Source: Spirochaetia bacterium (GTDB lineage Bacteria > Spirochaetota > Spirochaetia > CADAEX01). From it: DNA of 64,000 bases. Under the pieces are notes generated by a model, which saw only the letters and a program-made list of their open reading frames with translations, was not told the DNA's origin and did no database searches. This document shows, piece after piece, positions 50,966 through 60,665 of this stretch. The stretch covers positions 96,001-160,000 of the forward strand of contig CAXXHA010000011.1 of the NCBI GenBank assembly GCA_963662265.2, written 5' to 3'. The position numbers and the translations under genes were made by a program. The first letter of the stretch is position 1, and the number at the start of each line of letters is the position of its first letter.

Positions 50966-52729
50966 ATGAAAAATAAGATTGTAATTGGTCTGTCATGCAT
51001 GAAATATATCGAAGAGCATGATGAACCTAACGAGGAATTATATTTAAAAGTAATAAAACCCTTTTTAAGGGAATTATATAAATATCCTGAAATCAATGCA
51101 GTACTCCATTTTCCCGGGGTACTGCTTGATTGGCTTGAAGATAAACACCCTGAATTAATAATGCTTATAAGCGAGCTTATTAAGAAGAAAAAACAGCTAG
51201 AACTCTTGGGCTCAGGATATTATGAACCTATACTCACAATGATCTCTCCAACCGACAGAACAGGTCAGATTGAATCACTTACTACTCTTATAAGAAAAAA
51301 ATTCGGAAAAAGACCTCGTGGCTGCTGGATAGCAGGCAATTACTGGGATAATTCACTTGTCAATCCTATAAAAAACAGCGGTATGGACTATATTTTTCTT
51401 GATTTCGAGAAAATGATGATAGCCGGTATTACTGAAGAAGATATGTTCAGTTCATGTGTGACTGAAGAAAACGGAAAATTACTTAATGTATTTCCTATAC
51501 ACAGGGAAATTATAAAAAAACATAAAACAAACGAAGCAGGCGAATTTGTATCTTTTCTGAATATAAAAGAAAAAAAGGAAAAACTCTTTTCTGTTATATT
51601 CAGGGAATATGATTTTGAAAACAAAGATGAACAATGGATTGCTGATTTTTTCAGGGGAATAAGCGAAGCAGACAATCTTGAGACAATAAGCCCCTTTAAT
51701 TATATAAAAAATAACGGAAGGTTTAAAAAAGCCTATTTTCAGAATAATAATTTCTTCAAGAAAATCCTTGCAGAGTCTCCAGAAACCAACCTTCTTTACT
51801 CTAAAATGATACATATACAGACACTTATCAATCAGATACGGGGCGATAAGTACAAGAAAAAAGCTGCGCAGGAAAGCCTTTGGGCAGGCCAGAATTTCAA
51901 CCTGTTCAACATTATAAACAACAGTGATTCAAAAGAAGCCAGATGCGACATGATACAGTTCAGGAAAAAGGCATATAAGTACCTGATTGATGCAGAGCTT
52001 GAAGCAAGGCAGCAGGGTGTATTTATTCCTTCACTGATAAAGACAGATTTCGATCTTGACGGTGTTGAAGAATATATGTATCAGGGTGAGGAATATAATT
52101 TCTATCTGCATGTTGACGGCGGAACTGTTTTTGAATTTGACAGGTTTAAAAACCTCTGGAACTATGCTGATGCAGTAAGATGTGAAAATGGAAAATCAGA
52201 AATATGCAGAAGTTTCCAGGACCGAATATATAAAACAAGTCTTGAAGATGATCAGCTTGAAAATGATGAATTGAAGAAAGACAGCCTGTTCCTTGGGAAA
52301 GAGGAATACCTTGTTGAAAACTATGATCGTGAAAATAAAATCATTAAATTCATCAAACGGATCAAGCAGGATGATATAAATATAAAACTGTCAAAACAGT
52401 ACAGGTTCCTGAAAAAAAGGGCAGAAGTGATCTATGAAATATCAAATATTGGAAGCAGAATTGTAAACAGGACTTTTTCAACTGAAATTAATTTTTCATT
52501 TTCAAATGATTCAGAGGGAAAAGATTACTACAAAGCTGATTCATATGATATTCAAATGAAAGATGAAAAATACAGGTTTCATATAAATTCAACTGTACCG
52601 TTCAGAAACAGTATCAGGGAAATTAATGAGAACAATGTAAATAATTTCAGCAGGTTTGAAATGTTCTGGAACCTTGATGAACTCACACCCGGTAAAACTG
52701 TTACTTTTAAAATAGAAATTAAAATATAA
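50966..52729 (+). CDS. GH57 / 4-alpha-glucanotransferase-like protein with DUF1925/DUF1926-like C-terminus, degenerate active site
   Basis: LHFPG.LLDWLE, ELLGSGYYEPIL, FGKRPRGCW, DFDLDGVEE. Confidence 0.75.
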   Translation: MKNKIVIGLSCMKYIEEHDEPNEELYLKVIKPFLRELYKYPEINAVLHFPGVLLDWLEDKHPELIMLISELIKKKKQLELLGSGYYEPILTMISPTDRTGQIESLTTLIRKKFGKRPRGCWIAGNYWDNSLVNPIKNSGMDYIFLDFEKMMIAGITEEDMFSSCVTEENGKLLNVFPIHREIIKKHKTNEAGEFVSFLNIKEKKEKLFSVIFREYDFENKDEQWIADFFRGISEADNLETISPFNYIKNNGRFKKAYFQNNNFFKKILAESPETNLLYSKMIHIQTLINQIRGDKYKKKAAQESLWAGQNFNLFNIINNSDSKEARCDMIQFRKKAYKYLIDAELEARQQGVFIPSLIKTDFDLDGVEEYMYQGEEYNFYLHVDGGTVFEFDRFKNLWNYADAVRCENGKSEICRSFQDRIYKTSLEDDQLENDELKKDSLFLGKEEYLVENYDRENKIIKFIKRIKQDDINIKLSKQYRFLKKRAEVIYEISNIGSRIVNRTFSTEINFSFSNDSEGKDYYKADSYDIQMKDEKYRFHINSTVPFRNSIREINENNVNNFSRFEMFWNLDELTPGKTVTFKIEIKI

Positions 52730-52810
52730 ATATATTTTCTTTCAAATGATTCCAAATAAAGAAGATTCTTAAGAAAGATAAAAGGCAATCCTGGTTCTAA
52801 GGCTGAAGAA

Positions 52811-54043
52811 TTAAAAAAGATTTATATCGTTTTTTAATTGGAGAATATTGTCCATCCATTTTCTTGATTCAGGATAATAACTGTCTGATGATGTAAGAAA
52901 TTCCATAAAAGATTTGTTGTAATTCCCCTGGTAAAAATAACACTGTCCAAGATAAAAAGAGGCTCTTTTATTGAGAGAATTCTGTCTGTTGTTTCTGATA
53001 AAGTCTTTAAGCTTCAATTCAAGGTTTTTCCAGTCTTCTTTGAAAAAATAACGGCTTAAGATTACTGTAAGCTGAATATTTTCCCTCTGGCTGTAGAAAT
53101 CTTCACTGTTTATTATTTCCGGTTCTGGTTTTTCCGGTTTTGGTTCATTTTCCAGTATATTTCTGACAAGATTTTCTGTATTTTTTCCCAGTTTTATTTC
53201 AGGGAAGAATTTTTCATATGCTGATGATATCTTTCTGCCTGTTTCTATGTTTATATCGAGATTTACTGCCGGAAGCGGTTCAGGTCTTAAAGGGATACTT
53301 TTTTTAAATACTGTTATTACCTTATCAGTAATTTTAATCTCGGAAGGTGTAAGAGTGGTATTTTCAAATGGGATTATATCCATATTGTAGGACTTGAGAA
53401 GCTCTGCATCTACAACAGTATAGTAGCATGGTATTCCTGCAACAGGAAAATCTGAATAGCTCTCCCTTCCTGAAGAAATTACAGACAGGAGATCTGATTT
53501 TTTAAGATCATCTGTTGTGAATATTGGTGTATGGCTCCTGAGAACAGCAGCGTTCCTGTCCGGATTGGAAGATCGGAATGTCAGATATAGAGAGTCTTCT
53601 TTTTCTGTTACCCGGAGGTATGTTATATAGGTGAGATTATCATCTATTTTTCTGATTTCAGAAATAGAAACTGGATAGGAAGTTACATTTCTGTATGGGA
53701 TGAATATATCATACTGTTTATTTTCAGCAGTTTTAAGAATAACAGAATAGTAGAAATCGGTTCCGGCCATTGCTGTATCTGTGTAGTTTTCAACACCAGA
53801 ATTGACTTCCGACACCAGAAAGGCATCTGAAAAATTATTCCTGCTTATTTTTTCTGTATGTCTGTATATTAAATATGTTCCTTTTGCATCTCCTGAATCT
53901 TTCCAAGTCAGTTTGATTGCTGAATTATCCTCAACAGCTTTCAGACGGGATATAAACGGGGCAAATACATAATTATCTGCAAAAGAAATACAGGATGGCA
54001 ATAAAAGAAAAATAATTATGACAGTAAGTCTGTATGATTTCAT
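52811..54043 (-). CDS. Secreted protein with two FN3-like repeats and a C-terminal TPR
   Basis: Signal peptide; internal duplication (LTW...IYR...YTD...YYSV versus LTF...VLR...YSD...YYTV); ASFYLGQCYFYQG TPR. Confidence 0.7.
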   Translation of the reverse strand: MKSYRLTVIIIFLLLPSCISFADNYVFAPFISRLKAVEDNSAIKLTWKDSGDAKGTYLIYRHTEKISRNNFSDAFLVSEVNSGVENYTDTAMAGTDFYYSVILKTAENKQYDIFIPYRNVTSYPVSISEIRKIDDNLTYITYLRVTEKEDSLYLTFRSSNPDRNAAVLRSHTPIFTTDDLKKSDLLSVISSGRESYSDFPVAGIPCYYTVVDAELLKSYNMDIIPFENTTLTPSEIKITDKVITVFKKSIPLRPEPLPAVNLDINIETGRKISSAYEKFFPEIKLGKNTENLVRNILENEPKPEKPEPEIINSEDFYSQRENIQLTVILSRYFFKEDWKNLELKLKDFIRNNRQNSLNKRASFYLGQCYFYQGNYNKSFMEFLTSSDSYYPESRKWMDNILQLKNDINLF

Positions 54044-54102
54044 AGATATATACCTGAATTATTTATCGGAATAAATAGTTGTAATCAAAAGTATAAAGGG
54101 GT

Positions 54103-54136
54103 TTGACAATAAAAAAAAATCATTTAAACTATAACC
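54103..54136 (+). promoter_or_regulatory. Promoter of the cas2-like/prfB operon (probably leaderless)
   Basis: TTGACA (54103-08), 16 bp, TAAACT (54125-30), ATG 6 nt later, no SD. Confidence 0.55.
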
Positions 54137-54406
54137 ATGTTTGTGTCAGTAACCTATGATCTCTCAGGAGAGGATTCAGTAAATAAAATAAAGGAAATCC
54201 TTGTATTTTATGGATTTAAGGAAGTCCTGGCAGGTGTTTTTGAATCGGAAAAGATAATGGAAAACACCCTGAAACGGTTGAAAAGGGATATCGATCGTAT
54301 AACTGATCATTTTGACAGAGTACGTTTTTATCAGTATCCTTATGAAGATAAAATGATTATAACCATGCTTGAAAAGAAAAGATGGAAAAGAATAATTTTG
54401 GAATGA
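54137..54406 (+). CDS. Standalone Cas2/VapD-like ferredoxin-fold protein
   Basis: 89 aa; MFVSVTYDL (Cas2 YD motif), helix..YG, GVFE, DRVRFY. Confidence 0.7.
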   Translation: MFVSVTYDLSGEDSVNKIKEILVFYGFKEVLAGVFESEKIMENTLKRLKRDIDRITDHFDRVRFYQYPYEDKMIITMLEKKRWKRIILE

Positions 54407-54416
54407 GGTATTAAAG

Positions 54417-55523
54417 ATGTTAATTGATTATCAGACACAGGTGAACAGGCTTTTTGAAGAGATAAATGAAACATGGAGGCATCTTTGACCCGGACGGGAT
54501 CAAGAAGGAAATAAAGAAATTAGAAGAAAAAAGTTATGATGAAAATTTCTGGAATGACCGGAAAGAAGCTGAAAAAGTTCTTACCGAAATAAAAAGGAAA
54601 AAAGAATCTTACGAACCCTGGGAGGAGCTGTTCAATTCAGTATCTGATACAAAAGAGTTACTGGAACTGGCGCTTGAAGAGGGAGATGAATCACAGGAAA
54701 ATGATATAAAATCAAGCTGTGAAGATATTGAGAAAAAATTTTCAGATATGAAGACTCTGCAGCTTTTAAGCGGTGAGATGGACCATGCTTCCGCCTTCAT
54801 GACAATCCATTCAGGGGCCGGTGGAACTGAGGCCTGTGACTGGGTAAGAATGCTCTACAGAATGTATACAAGGTGGGCCGAAAGAAAGGATATAAAGGTA
54901 GAAGTCATAGACCTGCTTGAGGCTGAGGGGGGGGATAAAATCTGTCACTATTCAGATGACTGGAAATTATGCCCACGGATATCTTCAGTCAGAATCCGGT
55001 ATACACCGCTTGGTAAGGATTTCCCCTTTTGATTCAAATGCAAGGCGACATACATCTTTTGCATCGGTGCATATATCTCCTGTAATTGATGATGATATTG
55101 AAATTGACATACGGCCGGATGATATCCGGATTGATACCTACAGGGCTCAGGGGGCAGGCGGCCAGCATGTCAACAAGACAGATTCAGCTGTCCGTATTAC
55201 TCACCATGAAACTGGAATTGTTGTGCAGTGCCAGAACGAAAGAAGCCAGCATAAAAACAAGGCCAATGCAATGAAAGTCCTTAAATCGCGGCTGTATGAA
55301 TATTACAGGGAAAAACAGGAAGAGGAAAATGAGAAATATGCCCAGGAAAAGAAAGATATTGCCTGGGGGAGTCAGATAAGGTCCTATGTTTTTCAGCCTT
55401 ATACAATGGTAAAAGGATCACAGGACAAAACTTGAAATAGGAAATATTCAGAGTGTGATGGATGGTAATATTGAACCGTTTATTGAAAAATACCTGAACT
55501 ATATCTGGAAAAACAAAGGATAA
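54417..55523 (+). CDS. prfB: Peptide chain release factor 2 with programmed +1 frameshift, plus two further probable sequencing indels
   Basis: ATG 54417...GGAGG CAT CTT TGA C; [11 protein letters not shown] tripeptide, [18 protein letters not shown]; extra G in G8 (54927-34) and extra A near 55411. Confidence 0.93.
54475..54489 (+). other. prfB programmed +1 ribosomal frameshift site
   Basis: Internal SD GGAGG, 3 nt spacer, then CTT TGA C at codons 23-24. Confidence 0.92.
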
Positions 55524-55894
55524 TGAAACCTAGAATTCTTAATTGCAGACGATTTGGAATTTGTCAGAGTCACAATCAGGGAAATAATTGAAAGACACGG
55601 ATGGACTGTTTCCGGGGAAGCGGAAAACGGGAAAACTGCCCTGTTTATGTATGAAAAAAACAGACCCGATATCCTGCTTCTTGATATATCAATGCCTGTA
55701 ATGAACGGGCTGACTGCCTTGAAGGATGCTGAAGGTATAAGTATCCGGAAGCTAAAGTTATAATGTGTTCGGCGCTGGGTCAGCAGAAATACATTGTCAA
55801 GGCAATTCAGCTCGGCGCAGCAGATTTTGTTGTTAAACCATTTAAGGCTGAAAGATTGATATCATCTATCAGCAAGGTAATGAGAAACAGCTGA
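55523..55894 (+). CDS. CheY-like single-domain response regulator (frameshifted in this sequence)
   Basis: Joined frames read IADD...GEAENG...LLDISMPVMNG...IMCSALGQ...GAADFVVKPF. Confidence 0.8.
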
Positions 55895-57333
55895 TGTTAT
55901 GTTCCGCACTGAAGAAAAAAATATTTATTTTTAATTTTTTTTTTCAGTTTCTTATTCCCTGTTTTCAGAAAAACTGATAATTCAGGATTCTGATGAATAC
56001 TGGAATATAGGAATAATTGATCTGGATACTCAGACAGATGGTATTAATAATTTTTTCGGCAAGTCTGTATCGGCCTATATACTCAACAGGCTCTCAGTCT
56101 GCGGCGATCATAGGCTGTCGGATGAAGAAGTTATAAAGCTGAAAGATTATTTAAAAAAGAAACGTCTTGAAGAACGAGAATCAGAATTTAAATGAAAAAC
56201 AGATCAGTTATGATAAGAAATAACTTTACAGATGAAAGAAACAGGAAAGACCTTAAAAATGATATAAAAGATATAAAAAAGCTTATAAAAAAGATAAACT
56301 GGTTCAAAACTGACCGTATAATGATGTAAAAAAAAACAAAAAAAATCAAGCTGACAGGCTCTGCCGGGAATGAAAAACTGGAAAAATGCGGAAAAAAACA
56401 GCTACTTTACAGAAAAGCCGAAGATAACAGCCTCGACTATATAATACATGGAAAAGTTAATATATTTGATGATTTTGTTTTTCACAGATATATCTTTATA
56501 CAGCCGCCTCGAAGACAGGGATATTTTACAGATTTTCAAGGGCTTTTGATATATAAAAGCTATTTCACTGAGCTTGATGATGCAATGAAACCTCTTTTTA
56601 CTACTGTACTTGGAAAGAGCTGGAGTTCAATCACAGTCAATACTTCAGATAACAATGCAGATATTTATATCGACGGGATATATTACGGCACAGGGAGTCT
56701 TTCCGGCAAGATTATTGATCCCGGCAGCCATGAAATAAGTATTTCAGGAACAGGTGTGGAGGAGAAAACTTATCCGGTTGTTCTGGAAGAAAACAGTCAT
56801 CTTGTGATAGGGGCTGATTCAGATTATGAAGAGGAAAAACTCATTGCTGTAAAATACTTTTCCCGATGGTGCAGATATATATTATGATTCGCTCTGGCAG
56901 GGAAAAAGCCCGGTAAATTGTGAACAGCAATGAAGGAGAAATATTTATACGGAAAGAGGGATTCCGTGAATCAAGGTTTCTGGTTGAAGAGATTGAAGAT
57001 GATTATATTGACTTTAACCTGTCCCCTGAACTGTTTTCACAGCAGGACTATCTTTTAAACAAGAGGGATAGTTTTTACAGGAACCTGTCCTGGTTTGTTC
57101 TTTCCGCGCCATTACCTTTTTTCATGTTTGCTGTTTTAAATGATTATACAAATTCATACAACAGCGCAGTGTCTTCAGGTACAAGCCAGTCCGAAATTGA
57201 CCGCTTGGAAAAAATCAGGAATTACTGTTATTATGGTTATTACGGAACTTTGTTTATAAGTATCAGTCTGTTTGTTAATATGATTTTCCATCTTAATGAT
57301 TATATTGAAGCAGGTGATATTCTGAAAGAATGA
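55894..57333 (+). CDS. PEGA-domain exported/membrane protein, broken by multiple indels
   Basis: Fragments 56546-56887 (ADIYIDGIYYG, PGSHEISIS) and 56920-57333 (C-terminal TM helices); signal-like N-terminus within homopolymer runs. Confidence 0.6.
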
Positions 57334-57443
57334 AAAAAACTTGTTTTTTTTCATAAGCGGCAGAGACTTCCTGGAAGGAAGTGCTCGGAAGCGGTAAGGA
57401 AGAATGAAAAAAACTTGTTTTTTTTCATAAGCGACAGGGCTTT
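57326..57443. repeat. Two-copy direct repeat of a 34-bp palindromic unit, 74-bp period
   Basis: AAGAATGAAAAAAACTTGTTTTTTTTCATAAGCG at 57326-57359 and 57400-57433, with partial similarity for about 10 more bp. Confidence 0.9.
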
Positions 57444-57476
57444 AGTGAAAAGCTCTAAAGTGATACAGGAGAAAAA

Positions 57477-58346
57477 ATGAAAAATCTTGGTAGTCGACTA
57501 AAGGAAATATTCGGATTCGCAAAAATTGATGAAGAATTTTATTATGATATAGAGGATGCTCTTGTTGAATCAGATATTGGAGCATCCATGTCTGTAAAAA
57601 TTGTTGATACTCTTAAGCAGGAAGCATCAAGCAGGAAAATATCTGATAAAAATGAGCTTCTCGGGGTACTGAAGGAGATCATGTCTGAGCAGGTCCTCGA
57701 CTGTAAACTGACACCTGCTGAAGATGATTTAAGCCTTTTTCTTTTTCTCGGGGTAAACGGTGTAGGGAAAACAACTACAATTGCAAAAGTTGCAAATTTA
57801 TTCAAGGAAAAGATACCTGGTGCAGGAATTGTCCTCTCTGCCGGAGATACATTCAGGGCAGCTGCGATAGACCAGCTTAAGCTTCACGGAGAACGGCTGA
57901 GCCTTAGGGTTGTTCATCAGTCTCACGGTTCAGACCCCGGTGCTGTTATTTTTGATACAATAGAAAGTGCAAAATCAAAAGGGGATAAAATTATTCTTGC
58001 CGATACTGCAGGCAGAATGCATAACAAGGCAAACCTTGTAAAAGAGCTTCAGAAAATCGATAAGATTATCAGGGGAAAGATAAAAGAGGAGAATTACAAG
58101 AAAATACTTATTATTGATTCCACTACAGGTCAGAATGGTGTTAACCAGGCTGAAATATTCAATGAAGCTGTAGGTATTGATGCAATAATAATGACAAAAT
58201 ATGATTCTGCAGCAAAGGGGGGAATAGCTGTTTCCATTTCAGGAAAGCTGGGAATACCTTTTGCATTTACCGGGACAGGTGAGAAATATGGCGATATACA
58301 GGAATTCAGCAAGGATAAATACCTTGATTCGCTGTTAAATGTTTAG
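57477..58346 (+). CDS. ftsY: Signal recognition particle receptor
   Basis: GVNGVGKTTT, DTFRAAA, DTAGR, TKYD, GTGE. Confidence 0.96.
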   Translation: MKNLGSRLKEIFGFAKIDEEFYYDIEDALVESDIGASMSVKIVDTLKQEASSRKISDKNELLGVLKEIMSEQVLDCKLTPAEDDLSLFLFLGVNGVGKTTTIAKVANLFKEKIPGAGIVLSAGDTFRAAAIDQLKLHGERLSLRVVHQSHGSDPGAVIFDTIESAKSKGDKIILADTAGRMHNKANLVKELQKIDKIIRGKIKEENYKKILIIDSTTGQNGVNQAEIFNEAVGIDAIIMTKYDSAAKGGIAVSISGKLGIPFAFTGTGEKYGDIQEFSKDKYLDSLLNV

Positions 58347-59382
58347 AAACCTGATTCTATTTACATTTTTATTATATTCCGCAGTACCAGGCTATAGCCA
58401 GCAGTATTACAGGTCAAACAGCATTGGGATGCCTCTTGAGAAGCTTGGAAAATACAGATCTGAAATGCTTACATCAGAATATATACTTGAAATCAGCCGG
58501 TCTGGTTCTTCTGAGAAGAGGGTGCTTCTTAAAAATGGTGAGATTATAAAAAAATGGGAAATTGTTTTAAACAGCTTTGGTGAAGTTGTAAAAGAAATAT
58601 TTTATGAAGGTGAAAGAAAAACTGTAACAAATTACAGGTCAGGCCATATTCTGGATAAAGAAGAATATTCAGGCGGAGAACTGGAAGGCAGAAGCAGGTA
58701 TATTTATACTGCAGCAGGCAGAATGTCATCAATTGAAGAATATGACAGCAGCGGAAGCCTTATATTGAAAAGAGAATATATTAACCCTGAATCAGGTCGG
58801 ATCAGCAGGATAGGGACAGAATCAGCTTCTGATAACAGGGAAGATATTTCCAGTTACAGCTTTTCAGGTACTGATGTAAGATATGAATGGCAGGGGAATT
58901 CCGAAGGGACCGGACGTTATTTTTATTACAGTTCAGGCAGGGTTGTTTATATGGAGAAATGGTCTCTTAACAGCCTGGTTTCCCGGACTGATTATTTTTA
59001 TGATGACGATGTACTTGAACAGACAGTTGAAAGAATATTTTCCGGCAACATTGAAATATTGAAAAACTATGATGAAAAAAGAAGGGTAGTTTCAGAGACT
59101 GAAAAGAAAGGTGATGAAATCTTTAGAAAAGTGCATAACACTTATGACGGGGAAAATATTTCAAAGAAAGTTGTTTCTTCTGATAGCGGAACTGAAAAAT
59201 ATCTTTATAATTATTCTGATGATAAACTGTCAAGCGAGCTTTATTATTTCAACGGGAGCCTGAGGAAAAAAACTGTCTACCAGGAAGGGGATGGTAATTA
59301 TTTTGAAGATCTGTATTCCGAAAATGTGAAATACATGAGAATATATTATAAAGACAGTGAGAAATACAAGACAGAAAGATGA
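58339..59382 (+). CDS. Hypothetical secreted beta-repeat protein (MORN/YD-like)
   Basis: Signal peptide; repeated Y.Y..G motifs; overlaps both neighbours. Confidence 0.7.
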   Translation: MFRNLILFTFLLYSAVPGYSQQYYRSNSIGMPLEKLGKYRSEMLTSEYILEISRSGSSEKRVLLKNGEIIKKWEIVLNSFGEVVKEIFYEGERKTVTNYRSGHILDKEEYSGGELEGRSRYIYTAAGRMSSIEEYDSSGSLILKREYINPESGRISRIGTESASDNREDISSYSFSGTDVRYEWQGNSEGTGRYFYYSSGRVVYMEKWSLNSLVSRTDYFYDDDVLEQTVERIFSGNIEILKNYDEKRRVVSETEKKGDEIFRKVHNTYDGENISKKVVSSDSGTEKYLYNYSDDKLSSELYYFNGSLRKKTVYQEGDGNYFEDLYSENVKYMRIYYKDSEKYKTER

Positions 59383-60665
59383 TTGAAAAATGGGCGCTAT
59401 TTATAGCTGAAAAATATATTAAAAAAGGGCAAAATGAAAGGCGCAATACAACAATGCGGCTTTCAATTACAGGAATAGCGGCAGGTGTAATTACACTGAT
59501 TGCTGTTATATCTGTAATGAACGGCCTGCAGATGGGATATATAGATGATATTCTTGAAATCTCCTCATATCATATACAGATTCCCGATTACACAGCTGAA
59601 AAATATCCGGATATCGGAAAAATAAGGGGAATTAAAAAAACAGTACCTTTTCTTGATATACAGAGCCTTGTTCAGGGAAACAGGAGCCGCCTGGATCCTG
59701 TAATGCTGAGAGCTGTTGATGAGGACGCAGTTATGGATGACAGCAGTTTTCTCAATCAGATTGGAATGGTTGAAGGTGATTTTTCTCTTACGGACAGGAG
59801 TATTGTTGTCGGTTTCGAACTTGCAAGAATGCTGCGGCTTGAAATCGGAGACAGGGTTAACCTGATGATGCTTTCAGGTAAATCATTTAAAAAGCTTACT
59901 CCCGATCTTCATGAATTCACTGTATCAGCTGTTTTCAAGAGCGGATATTATGAATATGACAGAAACCTTGCATTTATATCACTGAAGTCAGGTTTTCTTA
60001 TCAATGCAGATTCAGATAAAACCAGTAAACTGGGTATAAAAATAAACAATATATATAAAGACAGGGAAGTTATTTCCGCATTAAGGGATAAATATGGTGA
60101 AGAAACCGGGGCTGTTTCCTGGAGAGACTATAACAGATCATTTTTCAGTGCGCTGAGAATGGAAAAAATATCAATGATGCTTCTTATAGGGCTTATTTTT
60201 GTTGTAATCGGCGTTAATATATATAATTCCATTAAGCGTTCTGTCTCTGAAAAAATGGAGGATATTGCTGTAATATATGCTGTCGGGGGATCTGAGAAGT
60301 CTGTTAAGAGAATATTTCTTGCTGAAGGTTTTCTGATCGGCTTTACCGGGGGACTTATCGGCACTGCAGCAGGTCTTCTCATAATAGTTAACCTTGATTT
60401 TATATTTGCTGCGACAGGAGTTGTTCTGCAGTATGCTGCAGATTTAATAATGCATGTTTTTGCTGTCTCTGATCTTCTCCCATACGTGGAAATATCAATA
60501 TTTCCGGAAAGTTATTTTTATCTTACTGAAGTTCCCTACAGAATACTTCTTCATGAAGTTGTATTAATATTTCTCTTTGCAGTAATGTCTGCAGTATGTT
60601 CAGCATATTTTGCATCCAGGAAAATATCTGTTGAAACACCGGCTGAATATCTGAGGTATGAATAG
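59379..60665 (+). CDS. Lipoprotein-releasing ABC permease LolC/E
   Basis: GIAAGV..LI.VISVMNG, MacB periplasmic domain, FtsX-type TM domain. Confidence 0.88.
   Translation: MIEKWALFIAEKYIKKGQNERRNTTMRLSITGIAAGVITLIAVISVMNGLQMGYIDDILEISSYHIQIPDYTAEKYPDIGKIRGIKKTVPFLDIQSLVQGNRSRLDPVMLRAVDEDAVMDDSSFLNQIGMVEGDFSLTDRSIVVGFELARMLRLEIGDRVNLMMLSGKSFKKLTPDLHEFTVSAVFKSGYYEYDRNLAFISLKSGFLINADSDKTSKLGIKINNIYKDREVISALRDKYGEETGAVSWRDYNRSFFSALRMEKISMMLLIGLIFVVIGVNIYNSIKRSVSEKMEDIAVIYAVGGSEKSVKRIFLAEGFLIGFTGGLIGTAAGLLIIVNLDFIFAATGVVLQYAADLIMHVFAVSDLLPYVEISIFPESYFYLTEVPYRILLHEVVLIFLFAVMSAVCSAYFASRKISVETPAEYLRYE

Noticed and set aside
54137-57443. Functional CRISPR-Cas locus
   Set aside because: No cas1 or effector genes and only two repeat copies; the intervening genes are housekeeping
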